DNA from: an uncultured Chloroflexia bacterium
GTDB lineage: Bacteria; Chloroflexota; Limnocylindria; Limnocylindrales; CSP1-4
DNA length: 64,000 nucleotides
NCBI GenBank assembly: GCA_963746845.1
Contig: CAVVCZ010000005.1
Span: forward strand, 256,001 to 320,000
Direction: 5' to 3'
This document shows, piece by piece, positions 1 to 9,004 of the stretch (positions are counted from its first letter, which is position 1; the number at the start of each line of letters is the position of its first letter). The translations under genes and the position numbers were made by a program. The notes under the pieces were generated by a model. The model was not told where the DNA came from. It worked only from the letters and a program-made list of their open reading frames with translations, and made no database searches.

Positions 1-812
1 TGGCCCCACGTCGCGGCGGGCAGCGGGATCCCGACGCCGAGGAAGGACAGGGTGGCCTCGAACAGGACCGTCGACGCGATCCCGAGGGTCGCGTAGACGA
101 CGATGATCGAGCTGAGGTGGGGCAGGACGTGGTGAGTCACGATCCGCCCGGTCGGGACGCCGACGGCCCGCGCCGCCATGACGAAGTCCGATTCGCGCAG
201 GACCGTCATCCGGCCGTAGACGATCCGCGCCACGCCGGTCCAGAGGACCCCGGCGATGACGACGACGACCAGCGGCAGGCTCGGCCCGATGATCGAGACG
301 AGGGCGATCGCGAGGAGCAGGACCGGGAACGACAGGACCGCGTCAGTGAGGCGCATGAGGATCGCCTCGATCGGGATCCCGATCCGGATCGCTGGCCCGC
401 GGCGCGGGCCGATCCGGAGCACCCGCCGGCCGCCGAATGCGGCGACGGACCCGACGATGACGCCGACGATCGTCGCGAGGACATTGGCCACGATCCCGAC
501 CGTCAGCGACATCCGGGCCCCGTACAGGAGGCGGCTGAGCTCGTCGCGCGCGAGGAGGTCGGTGCCGAGCGGGAAGCCCGGCGACGGCCCGATCGGGTCG
601 CCGTGGGCGTTGAGGCCCTCGCGGCGGTACTGCTGGTCGGGGTCGTGCGGGGCGAGGATCGGGGCGAACACCGCGGCCAGGACGATCAGGATGACCATCC
701 CGAGTCCGATCCAGAAGGACGGATCCGTCCGCAGGACCGCCCAGGTCCGCGAGCTGCCGGTCCGGTCCGAGACGCCATGGTCGACCACGACCGCGGTCGG
801 TTGAGCCGTCAC
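1..812 (-). CDS. Peptide/nickel ABC transporter permease (DppC/OppC-like), runs off the window start
   Basis: GTG at 812 after an AGAGAGGGAG RBS. Translation reads FWIGLGMVILIVLAAVFAP...LGTDLLARDELSRLLYGARMSL...RESDFVMAARAVG..., the typical DppC pattern with an EAA-like loop. Confidence 0.9.
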   Translation of the reverse strand, partial: MTAQPTAVVVDHGVSDRTGSSRTWAVLRTDPSFWIGLGMVILIVLAAVFAPILAPHDPDQQYRREGLNAHGDPIGPSPGFPLGTDLLARDELSRLLYGARMSLTVGIVANVLATIVGVIVGSVAAFGGRRVLRIGPRRGPAIRIGIPIEAILMRLTDAVLSFPVLLLAIALVSIIGPSLPLVVVVIAGVLWTGVARIVYGRMTVLRESDFVMAARAVGVPTGRIVTHHVLPHLSSIIVVYATLGIASTVLFEATLSFLGVGIPLPAATWG

Positions 813-972
813 GGCTCCCTCTCTTCGACTCAGATCCGCGTCCCGCTCGGGGCTCCTGGACGGCCGCTGCCCGAGCCGGCCAATAATGGCGCGCCGGGCC
901 TGCGAGTGCCCATGGTTTCTGCAACACCGTACGGCGAACCGGCCGCGACAGTTCAGTCCGGGTGCCGGGAGC

Positions 973-1482
973 CTACCCGCGGAGCGCGCGCCCCTCGAAC
1001 GTCTCGATCCGCTCGGCCAGGTCCCGCGGCCACGGGATGGGTGACGCGCTCGCGTAGTCGTAGCGGACGATCACGCTGTCGAGGGTCGCCACGAGACGGA
1101 CCGGGCCGCCCGGCAGACCGGCGGTCAGCCGGTGCTCGACCGCGATGCTCGTCCGACCGATCCGGGTCGCCCGCGTCTCGACGACGACCGCCTCGCCGTA
1201 CTCGACCGGCGATCGATAGGTGATGTCGGCCTCGGCCAGGATCAGACCCTCGGACCGATCGCCCTCGCGCCGGATCGGCTCGCCGGTCACGTCGCTCCAC
1301 CACGCGAGGCGGGCCGCCTCCGCAAAGCTCAGGTAGATCGCGTTGTTCACGTGGCCCATCGCGTCCGTGTCGCCGAACCGAACCTCCACGGCCAGCCGGT
1401 GGCCGAAGTCGCCGGGCAGATCCCGCGGGTCCGGGGCGCCCGCCGTCTCGACCCGGGATCGGGCCGGGGTCCTGCGAGTCAT
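973..1482 (-). CDS. Acyl-CoA thioesterase (YbgC/FadM hot-dog fold)
   Basis: VRFGDTDAMGHVNNAIYLSF motif; ATG overlaps the copA stop (ATGA). Confidence 0.9.
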   Translation of the reverse strand: MTRRTPARSRVETAGAPDPRDLPGDFGHRLAVEVRFGDTDAMGHVNNAIYLSFAEAARLAWWSDVTGEPIRREGDRSEGLILAEADITYRSPVEYGEAVVVETRATRIGRTSIAVEHRLTAGLPGGPVRLVATLDSVIVRYDYASASPIPWPRDLAERIETFEGRALRG

Positions 1483-4184
1483 GGCGTCACGACCAGCCGG
1501 CCGGTCATGCCTCTGGCCGCGTGGCCCTCGACGGAGCACTCGACGACGTAGCTGCCCGGATCATCGACCCGGAACCGGACCTCCTGGACCTGGCCGGGCC
1601 GCGCGTTCGCGTCGACGTTGGCGAGCCCTTCCACCACCCAGTCGTGGAAGACCGGGTCGTCGTTCACGAAGCGGACGACCACGAACCGACCGGCCGGGAC
1701 CGTGATGTCGCTCGGCACGAACCGGGTCTGGCTCGCGCGGACCTCGATGTGGACCGCCGAACCGTCGATGGCCCGATCCGCGGCGGCGACCCCACCGACG
1801 ACGGCCAGCGACGCGACCGCCACGGCGACGAGATACCAGCCACGGCGGAGCGCGGCCACCGGCCCGCGCCGCTGCGGAGCGCGATCCCCGCCGGGACGCG
1901 CGTCGAACGAGCGGAGCCGGAGCGAGTTCGTCACGACGGCGACCGACGAGAGCGCCATCGCGCCGGCGGCCAGCGCCGGGCTGAGGACGATCCCGAACGG
2001 GACGAGGACGCCCATCGCGACCGGGATCAGGAGGATGTTGTAGGCGAACGCCCAGAACAGGTTCTCGCGGACCACCGCCATCGTCGCCCGGGACAGGGCG
2101 ATCGCCGCCGGGACGGCCCGGGGATCGCCGCCGACAAGGGTGACCCCCGCCGCGTCGATCGCGACGTCGGCGCCGCTCCCGATCGCGATCCCGACATCCG
2201 CTCTCGCGAGCGCCGGGGCGTCATTGATCCCGTCGCCGACCATCGCGACGATCCGGCCCGCGGCCTGGAGGCCCGCGACGACCGTGGCCTTGTCCTCGGG
2301 CAGCACACCCGCCCGGACGCGCTCTGCCGGGATCCCGATCCGCGCCGCGACGAACGCGGCCGCCGCCGGGTGGTCGCCGGTGACGAGCCAGACCTCGGTA
2401 CCCGCGCGACCCAACTCCGCGACGGCATCCACGGCCTCCGGCTTGACGGGATCCACGATCCCGGTCAGACCCGCGACGACGCCGTCGATCGCGATCCAGA
2501 CCGGCGTCCGGCCACCGGCCGCAAGGGCTCCCTCGCGGTCGTCGTCACGGATCTCCACGCCGCGCCCCCGAAGCAGCCGCGCGGAGCCGACGAGCACATG
2601 CCGGCCGTCCACGACGCCTTCGACGCCATGCCCGGCATGCGCGACGAACCCGGTCACGGGCCGGAAGCCGAGCTCGTCGCGGTTCGCCCGGACGACGATC
2701 GCCGCCCCGAGCGGATGCTCGCTCCCGCGCTCCACGGACGCAGCCAGATCCAGAACCTCGGCGGCCGGCCACGCGCCGCGGGGCTCCGGAGGGTCGGCGA
2801 CCGGCCGCCCCGTGGTCAGGGTGCCCGTCTTGTCGAAGATCACCGTGTCGATCCGGTGGGCGCGCTCGAGCGCCTCGCCGCCCCGGAACAGGATCCCGGC
2901 CTCCGCTCCGCGACCCGTCCCGACCATGATCGCGGTGGGTGTCGCCAGGCCCATCGCGCACGGGCACGCGACGACGACGACGCCGATGAACGCGGTCAGG
3001 GCGAGGGTCAGGCGGGGCTCGCTGCCGAAGGCGAACCAGGCGACGAACGTCAGCGTGGCGATCGCGAGGACCGCGGGCACGAACGCCTCGCTGATGCGGT
3101 CGGCGAGTCGCTGGATCGGGGCTTTCGAGCCCTGGGCGCGGGCGACGAGGGCGACGATCCGGGCGAGCGCGGTCTCCGAACCGACGCGCGTCGCCCGGAG
3201 GACGAAGGACCCGGTGCCGTTCAACGTCGCGCCGTAGACCTCGTTCCCCGCTTCCTTGCGGACCGGGACGGCCTCGCCGGTGAGCATCGATTCGTCCAGC
3301 GTCGACGCACCCTCGGTCACGATCCCGTCGACCGGGACGCGGTCGCCCGGGCGGACGCGGAGCAGGTCGCCGGGCGCGACATCCTCGAGCGGGATCACCC
3401 GGTCGCCGTCCGGGGCCACGAGCCGGGCGGACGTCGCCTGCAGGCCGATCAGGCGACGGATCGCCCCGCCGGCCCGCGTCTTCGCCCGCGCCTCGAGCCA
3501 CCGCCCGAGCAGGACGAGGCCGAGGATGATCGTCGAGCTGTCGAAGTACGTCTCCGGGTGGAGCCCCGCCTCGTGGACCCAGGCCGGGTCCAGCGTCACG
3601 ACCACGCTGTACGCCCAGGCCGCCGTCGTCCCGACGGCGACGAGCGTGTCCATCGTCGCGCCGCCGTGACGGGCGGCCCGCCACGCGGCGGCATAGAAGC
3701 GCCGGCCGGCCCAGACCTGGATCACCGTCGCGGGGACGAGGGCGATCCAGTTGATCGTCTCCATCGGGACGGATGTCTGGGGCCAGAACATCAGGACCAT
3801 GATCCCGACGGACACCGCGATCGAGACGACCGCCTGGATCAGCAGCCGGTTGGCGGCCACGGCTCGCTCGCGGTCCTCCGCTTCGGCCGCGGCCCGCAGC
3901 GTCCGGCGCGCGGCCGTCTCCTCGTCGCTCGGCGGCGGCTTCAGCTCGTAACCGGCGGCCTCGATCGTCTTCGCCAGCTCGGCTCGGCCGGTGACGCCGG
4001 GGAGGTAGCGGATCGTCGCGACCTCGGTCGCAAGGTTGACCGACGCGGACTCGACCCCGTCGCTCTTGCGCAGGAACCGCTCGATCCGGTTGACGCACGA
4101 CGCGCACGTCATCCCGGCGATCGGGAGGTCGACCTCGACGGCCGCGGCGAGGGGTTCGGAGGAGGCGGAGGAGGAGGTTGACAT
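1479..4184 (-). CDS. copA: Cu(I)-translocating P1B-type ATPase with an extra C-terminal TM helix and cupredoxin domain
   Basis: HMA motif GMTCASC, TGE, CPC, DKTGT, HP, GDGIND, YN and MxxSS motifs; C-terminal H...CSVEGHAARGM. Confidence 0.93.
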   Translation of the reverse strand: MSTSSSASSEPLAAAVEVDLPIAGMTCASCVNRIERFLRKSDGVESASVNLATEVATIRYLPGVTGRAELAKTIEAAGYELKPPPSDEETAARRTLRAAAEAEDRERAVAANRLLIQAVVSIAVSVGIMVLMFWPQTSVPMETINWIALVPATVIQVWAGRRFYAAAWRAARHGGATMDTLVAVGTTAAWAYSVVVTLDPAWVHEAGLHPETYFDSSTIILGLVLLGRWLEARAKTRAGGAIRRLIGLQATSARLVAPDGDRVIPLEDVAPGDLLRVRPGDRVPVDGIVTEGASTLDESMLTGEAVPVRKEAGNEVYGATLNGTGSFVLRATRVGSETALARIVALVARAQGSKAPIQRLADRISEAFVPAVLAIATLTFVAWFAFGSEPRLTLALTAFIGVVVVACPCAMGLATPTAIMVGTGRGAEAGILFRGGEALERAHRIDTVIFDKTGTLTTGRPVADPPEPRGAWPAAEVLDLAASVERGSEHPLGAAIVVRANRDELGFRPVTGFVAHAGHGVEGVVDGRHVLVGSARLLRGRGVEIRDDDREGALAAGGRTPVWIAIDGVVAGLTGIVDPVKPEAVDAVAELGRAGTEVWLVTGDHPAAAAFVAARIGIPAERVRAGVLPEDKATVVAGLQAAGRIVAMVGDGINDAPALARADVGIAIGSGADVAIDAAGVTLVGGDPRAVPAAIALSRATMAVVRENLFWAFAYNILLIPVAMGVLVPFGIVLSPALAAGAMALSSVAVVTNSLRLRSFDARPGGDRAPQRRGPVAALRRGWYLVAVAVASLAVVGGVAAADRAIDGSAVHIEVRASQTRFVPSDITVPAGRFVVVRFVNDDPVFHDWVVEGLANVDANARPGQVQEVRFRVDDPGSYVVECSVEGHAARGMTGRLVVTP

Positions 4185-4200
4185 ACTCCCCCGGAGTATA
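4184..4200. promoter_or_regulatory. Palindromic CsoR-like operator overlapping the copA -10 box and start codon
   Basis: TACTCC-CCC-GGAGTA at 4184-4198; minus-strand TATACT at 4200-4195; near-identical copy at 45256-45270. Confidence 0.75.
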
Positions 4201-4242
4201 CACTGCCCGAATCGGGCGGCCGGCGGGATCAGCCTGCCGAGG

Positions 4243-4479
4243 TCAGCCGCGCGAGCCCACCCATCGTCCGTCGCGATAGACGTACCAGGTCTCGGCCGGC
4301 TCGCCGGACAGGGCCCGGGGACGGACGAGGACACGCGGGTAGCGGTCGCGCAGACCCTGCTCGAGCGCCGAGGGCGTCCCGGCACCGTCCGTGACCAGGC
4401 CGCGGACGAGGACGCGGAAATCGGCGTCGTCCGCCGGGTTCAGGACGAGCAGCGGTCTCGGGTGCGAAGGTGCAGACAT
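4243..4479 (-). CDS. Small hypothetical protein (78 aa)
   Basis: MSAPSHPRPLLVLNPADD...WYVYRDGRW; protein-like composition. Confidence 0.65.
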   Translation of the reverse strand: MSAPSHPRPLLVLNPADDADFRVLVRGLVTDGAGTPSALEQGLRDRYPRVLVRPRALSGEPAETWYVYRDGRWVGSRG

Positions 4480-4589
4480 CGGCGATCGTTCCCCGCGATC
4501 ACGATGCGCTCGACGCGGTGACGGGCCGCCGTGCAGCCAGAGCCCATCACTTGCAGCGGCGTTGCACTCCATGCCCGCTCCGGGAACGG

Positions 4590-5147
4590 TCACCAGCCCT
4601 CGCTGCCCGCCTCACCCTTGATCGGCCCGACGATCGCGTCGGTGACCCAGCCGCCGTAGAAGCCGCCGGGCTGCGGGCGGGCCCGTTCGTCGCCGACCCA
4701 CGCCTCGTCGACCCGCGAGGCATAGAACGCGAGGTGGTCGCGGATGGACCCGAAGCCGGGCTTCGGCGACTCGTAGGCCCACGCCACCGACGGGATCCGG
4801 CGGTCGCCGTCGAGGTAGTCGTAGTACGAGGCGACGCCCTTCCACTCGCAGGTCGTCGTCCGGTCGGTCCGGCGCAGCCGCGTCGGGTCGACGTCGTCCG
4901 GTGGGACGTAGTAGACCGGCGCTCCCGCCGTCTCGAGGACGCGCACGGCACGGCTGGTGTCCGCGAGGGCCCGACCGTCGACGACGACGCGGATCCGCGC
5001 ACCGACCGGCTCCACCCGCGGTGGGCGTGGGTAGTCCCAGACGGATTCCTGGCCGGGGCCGGGCTCGATCGGGACGACGCCGGCCGGAATGTTGGCCCGC
5101 CGGGCGGCGGAAGCATCGATGTCCATGTCGATTGTTCGATCATGCAC
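4590..5147 (-). CDS. DUF427 family protein
   Basis: ESVWDYPRPP, RVLET...VYY, CEWKGVASY and FYGGW motifs. Confidence 0.88.
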   Translation of the reverse strand: MHDRTIDMDIDASAARRANIPAGVVPIEPGPGQESVWDYPRPPRVEPVGARIRVVVDGRALADTSRAVRVLETAGAPVYYVPPDDVDPTRLRRTDRTTTCEWKGVASYYDYLDGDRRIPSVAWAYESPKPGFGSIRDHLAFYASRVDEAWVGDERARPQPGGFYGGWVTDAIVGPIKGEAGSEGW

Positions 5148-5149
5148 CC

Positions 5150-5767
5150 ATGACGGATGAATTGCCCGGACTCACCGCCGAAGCCGTTCGGTTCGCGACG
5201 GCCCGGGCGCCATGGGGCCCGGTCCGCGTCGCGACCTCTGCGCGGGGCCTGGTCGGGCTCGCCGTCCTGTCGCCGATGGAGCCGTTCCGCGACGACGTCG
5301 TCCGTCGGACCGGCCTGACGCCCAACGACGGGAGCGACGCGCGGCTCGACGCGGCGGTCGCAGCGGTGGAGGCCTTCCTCGACGGCCGGCCGGATGATCT
5401 CGAGCGGCTGCCGCTGGACCTCGTGCTTCGCTCCGACTGGGACCGGGTCGTGCTCGGGCAGGTCCGCCGGGTCGGATGGGGCGAGGCAACGAGCTATGGC
5501 CGGGTCGCCCGGGCGATCGGCCGGCGCGGGGCGGCCCGGGCGGTCGGCGGCGCCGTCGGCCGGAACCCGATCGGGCTCGCGATCCCGTGTCATCGCGTGC
5601 TCGCCGGCGACGGCTCGATCGGCGGGTATGGCGGCGATTGGTTCGGCAGCCGCGAGGAGCTCCTCGAGATCAAGCGCGAGCTGCTGGCCCTCGAGGGGAT
5701 CGCGCTGCCCGCACGCGACCTGGGCGGCGGGGAGCCCGCAGTCGCCCGGGCGGCCAGGACGCCCTGA
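5150..5767 (+). CDS. ogt: Methylated-DNA--protein-cysteine S-methyltransferase
   Basis: ARAVGGAVGRNP...IPCHRV active-site motif. Confidence 0.9.
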   Translation: MTDELPGLTAEAVRFATARAPWGPVRVATSARGLVGLAVLSPMEPFRDDVVRRTGLTPNDGSDARLDAAVAAVEAFLDGRPDDLERLPLDLVLRSDWDRVVLGQVRRVGWGEATSYGRVARAIGRRGAARAVGGAVGRNPIGLAIPCHRVLAGDGSIGGYGGDWFGSREELLEIKRELLALEGIALPARDLGGGEPAVARAARTP

Positions 5768-5820
5768 CGCCCGGCGCCCGGACACGCGGAGTGTCCCCCA
5801 GTTGACAGGCGGGTCGTCCC

Positions 5821-5840
5821 GCGCGGGACGCGTCCCGCGC
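5821..5840. promoter_or_regulatory. Perfect 20-bp palindrome upstream of the repeat-peptide gene
   Basis: GCGCGGGACG|CGTCCCGCGC, between TTGACA (5802) and TATCGT (5853). Confidence 0.4.
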
Positions 5841-5925
5841 TCGGCATCCGCGTATCGTGGGGCCGATCAACCAGATTCCGAACGACACCTCACCAGATTC
5901 GGGGTCGATGACGGAGGGACAGGCC

Positions 5926-6216
5926 ATGCGGAAGATGAACCGGCTCCCGCGCGAAGAGGTGACCACCGACGACGGACTGCCCGTCGACGGGCTCCCGGCG
6001 AGCAACGATGTCGAAGGCCACCGTCAGGAGGCCGTCGATAGCCTCGGACCACGGCTGCCCGGCACGGGTGGCGACGATCTGCGGCGGCCGTCCGGCGGGG
6101 GCGAGATCGGCGACGAGAACGACGTTCAGGGACACAGCCTCGATGCCAACGTCGGCCCGCGGCTCCCCGGCACCGGTGGCGACGATCTGCGGCGGCCGTC
6201 CGGCGGGGGCGAATGA
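5926..6216 (+). CDS. Small acidic Gly/Pro-rich two-repeat peptide (96 aa), precursor-like
   Basis: GGAGGG RBS at 5913-5918; two NDV[EQ]GH-x6/8-GPRLPGTGGDDLRRPSGGGE units; hairpin downstream. Confidence 0.75.
   Translation: MRKMNRLPREEVTTDDGLPVDGLPASNDVEGHRQEAVDSLGPRLPGTGGDDLRRPSGGGEIGDENDVQGHSLDANVGPRLPGTGGDDLRRPSGGGE
6067..6212 (+). repeat. Direct repeat: identical 38-bp blocks at 6067-6104 and 6175-6212
   Basis: GGTGGCGACGATCTGCGGCGGCCGTCCGGCGGGGGCGA occurs twice, 108 nt apart (in frame). Confidence 0.95.
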
Positions 6217-6249
6217 CGATCCGGTAACAACGCCTGGCTCACTGTCCAG

Positions 6250-6276
6250 CGCCCCGCCCAGCCCCGGGCGGGGCGC
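6250..6276 (+). terminator. GC hairpin after the repeat-peptide gene
   Basis: CGCCCCGCCC-loop-GGGCGGGGCG; no U-tract. Confidence 0.45.
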
Positions 6277-6302
6277 ACATTCGTGCCCTCGGAGCGTCCC
6301 TG

Positions 6303-6408
6303 GTGAGTCGATTCGCGACTCGGAATCACGTCCTCCGTGATCGGCCATCTCCGAATTCCGGCATGGACGAGCGCGCCACCGCCTGAAACGAGTCGCCACG
6401 CGACTCAC
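6303..6408. repeat. Inverted pair of 20-bp palindromic REP-like units
   Basis: GTGAGTCGattcgCGACTCG (6303-6322) and CGAGTCGCcacGCGACTCAC (6389-6408) are mutual reverse complements apart from the loop. Confidence 0.6.
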
Positions 6409-6470
6409 GTTCGGGGTGCCGCGCTCCCCGCCGCGGCTCGTCCCGCTGGCGGGCGGACGCCGGGCGACCG

Positions 6471-7307
6471 TCAGGGGCGGTTCGCGGTCGCCGCGAGGAT
6501 CGTCTTGGTCTCGAACGGGGTGACGCCCGGATGGGCCGCGCGGATGCGGGCCGCGAGCCCGGCGATGTGCGGCGCGGCGAAGCTGTTGCCCGTCGCGACG
6601 ATCCGACTGCCGTCACGCCAGGCGACGTCGACGTCCAGGCCGTGCGCCCCGAACTCGACCGGCGGGTGCGGGTTGTAGAACCACGTCTCCGCGTCGTGGA
6701 CATCGTGGGCCGCCACCGAGACGACGGCGGCGAACAGGGACGGGTAGCTGGCGATCGCGACGTTGTTCGCGGCGCTGACGAGCAGGCAGTTCGCGAAATA
6801 GGCCCGGTCGGCCAGGTCGTGCAACGTGGCGAACATCGCCTCGCTCCGGGACGACAGGCTGAGGTTGACGACCGACGCACCCTGGGCGATCGCCCAGTCG
6901 AGACCGGCCGCGAAAGCCAGCCCCTTGCCGCGGTTGTCCGACCCGAGCACGCGCACGCTCACGAGCGTCGCCTTCGGGGCCAGGGCATGGACGATCCCGG
7001 CGCAGGCGGTGCCGTGGCCGACCGCATCGATCGGGTCGTCCGGGATCACCCGCGCGTCATCGCCGTCGAGCTCGACCCGGACGCTCTCGGTGAGGGCGCC
7101 GCCGATCGCCGGGTGCGCCGCCTCGATGCCCGAGTCGATCACGGCGACCGTGACGCCTGCGCCGTCGCCGACTCCGAACGCCCACGCCCGGTCGATGCCC
7201 GGGAACGGCGCCTCGCGCACCAGGTCCGGGCGATGGTCCCGGGCGAATGCCTCGGCCCACGCCGGCAGGACCGCGGACGGCCCGTCGCCCGCCGGGGCGC
7301 CCGTCAC
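6471..7307 (-). CDS. Cytoplasmic S8 subtilisin-like serine peptidase (in frame with the upstream GAF ORF)
   Basis: Triad VIDSG / HGTACAG / GNSFAAPH; no signal peptide; probable own GTG start at 7307. Confidence 0.9.
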   Translation of the reverse strand: MTGAPAGDGPSAVLPAWAEAFARDHRPDLVREAPFPGIDRAWAFGVGDGAGVTVAVIDSGIEAAHPAIGGALTESVRVELDGDDARVIPDDPIDAVGHGTACAGIVHALAPKATLVSVRVLGSDNRGKGLAFAAGLDWAIAQGASVVNLSLSSRSEAMFATLHDLADRAYFANCLLVSAANNVAIASYPSLFAAVVSVAAHDVHDAETWFYNPHPPVEFGAHGLDVDVAWRDGSRIVATGNSFAAPHIAGLAARIRAAHPGVTPFETKTILAATANRP

Positions 7308-8144
7308 CGGCGTCGTCCCGCCGTGCCGCGCGGTCCCGCGCCGCCGCGCAGCGCGCCGGACGAGCACCGCGAGCAGCTCGCGGACGAGGTCGAGCTCGCC
7401 GGGATCGGCTTCCCGGAGCCGGGCGACCTCGTCCGCCAGCGCCCACAGGGGATCGTCGGGCCCGTCGGCCAGACCCGCCGTCGCATCGCTCACGATCGCG
7501 TCGATCTCGGATTCCGAGATCGGATCGGACCCGCCGTCAGGGACGGCGACGGCCGACAGGACGGTTCGGATCAACGAGGCGGTGTCGCGCTCGACGCGGC
7601 TGCTCCGGATCGCGACCGTCGCCTGGCGCGCGAACACCCCGGCCAGCTCGACGTCACGCAGGTCGAACCCCGCGTCGCCTCGCTTGTCGAGGACCTCGAG
7701 CACCCCGAGGATCCCCTCGTCGTCGATGAGTGGGACCGCGATCAGGGAGCGCGGCACATATCCGGTCTGCTCCGCCGTGGACCGGCCGAACCGTGCGTCG
7801 GCGGCGACATCCGCGAGGGCGATCGGCTGGGCGGTCGCGAAGACGTAGCCGGCCACGCCCTGGCCGCTGTCGATCGCCAGCCCGACCACGCCCTGGCCCT
7901 GGTCGCCGGCCGCGACCACGAAGACGAGCTTGTCGGTGGCGGCGTCGTACAGGGCGATCGATGCGGCCTCCGCACCGAACAGCCCGGCCGTCGCCTCCAC
8001 GATCGATCGCAGGACGGCCGACCCGCCCGGATCGGCGAGCCGCTTCGCGGCTTCGATCCGGAGGGCGATCGCCCGGAGCGCGATCCGCAGCCGATCGTCG
8101 CTCGCCGGCTCGGTCGGATCGAGCGGCGGCTGGTTCGCGCTCAC
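7308..8144 (-). CDS. GAF-domain protein (no stop before the S8 domain in this assembly)
   Basis: AASIALYD...GQGVAGYV...SLIAVPL...LGVLEVLDK...F; GTG overlaps the Crp stop (GTGA). Confidence 0.85.
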
Positions 8145-8848
8145 CGTTCGATCGTCCCCGCCAGGCGCTCGGTGTCCGGCACGACGAGCTGGTCCCGCTC
8201 GACGCGGACGAGACCCTGGTCCGCGAGCTCCGCGAGCAGCCGGTTCACGGATTGGCGCGAGCCGCCGATCATCCCGGCGAGCTCGGATTGCGTGTAGGGC
8301 CACGGGATCCGGACCGACCCGTCCGGATCCCGCGATCCCGCGGCCTCCGACAGGCGGACGATCCGCGAGGCGAGTCGGCCCGGAAGGTCCAGGAAGTGGA
8401 GGTCCTCGACGTGCCCGGTCAGACGTCGGATCTCGGTGGCCAGCGATGCGAGCAGGGCCCGGCGAAGGCCGGCGTCGGAGTCGATCAGGGCCAGGAACGC
8501 ATCGCGGTGGAGGACGAGCGTCTCGGTCGCCTCGACGGCCACGATCGTCGCGGAGTGGGGTGCGCCGTCGAGGATCGCGAGCTCGCCGAAGAACTCGCCC
8601 GGCCCGAGGATCGCGACGATCGCCGGCTCGGCGCCCTCGTCGCTCGGCAGGACCACCTTGACCGAGCCGCTCGCGAGAACGAACAGGGCGTCGCCCGGGT
8701 CGCCCTGGTGGAAGATCGTCTCCCCGCGTCGGAACCGACGCACCCGCAGGACGCGGACCAGCGTGTCGATCGCGGCGTCGTCGGCCGCCCCGAACAGGCC
8801 GCAGCCTCGCAGGGCGTCCCGTGCCACCCGCTCGTCGCCGACCGACAT
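8141..8848 (-). CDS. Crp/Fnr family transcriptional regulator
   Basis: cNMP domain (FFGELAILDGAPHSAT) and HTH (TQSELAGMIGGSRQSVNR). Confidence 0.93.
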   Translation of the reverse strand: MSVGDERVARDALRGCGLFGAADDAAIDTLVRVLRVRRFRRGETIFHQGDPGDALFVLASGSVKVVLPSDEGAEPAIVAILGPGEFFGELAILDGAPHSATIVAVEATETLVLHRDAFLALIDSDAGLRRALLASLATEIRRLTGHVEDLHFLDLPGRLASRIVRLSEAAGSRDPDGSVRIPWPYTQSELAGMIGGSRQSVNRLLAELADQGLVRVERDQLVVPDTERLAGTIER

Positions 8849-9004
8849 GTCAACCGGATCCTCCACGACTCGCACCTGGGAACGCGCGCTCGGCCCGGCA
8901 CCACGATCGCGCGGCGGTTCACCCCGCCGGGCATCGTACGCCGAACGGTGGCGCGGTTCGGTGCGTGCCGGGGAGGCGGCGGCGCCGGGCGCGGCGCCGC
9001 GACG

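Noticed and set aside
1521-4181. Long antisense or alternate-frame ORFs (e.g. 886 aa here, 932 aa at 58654, 955 aa at 31383)
   Set aside because: Arg/Pro/Gly-rich shadows of clear genes, expected at this GC content.
5802-5858. TTGACA and TATCGT as one sigma-70 promoter
   Set aside because: The 45-nt spacing is far from 17 nt.
6067-6212. 38-bp direct repeat as a mini-CRISPR array
   Set aside because: Only two copies, in frame within a peptide ORF, with synonymous variation in the flanks and no cas genes.
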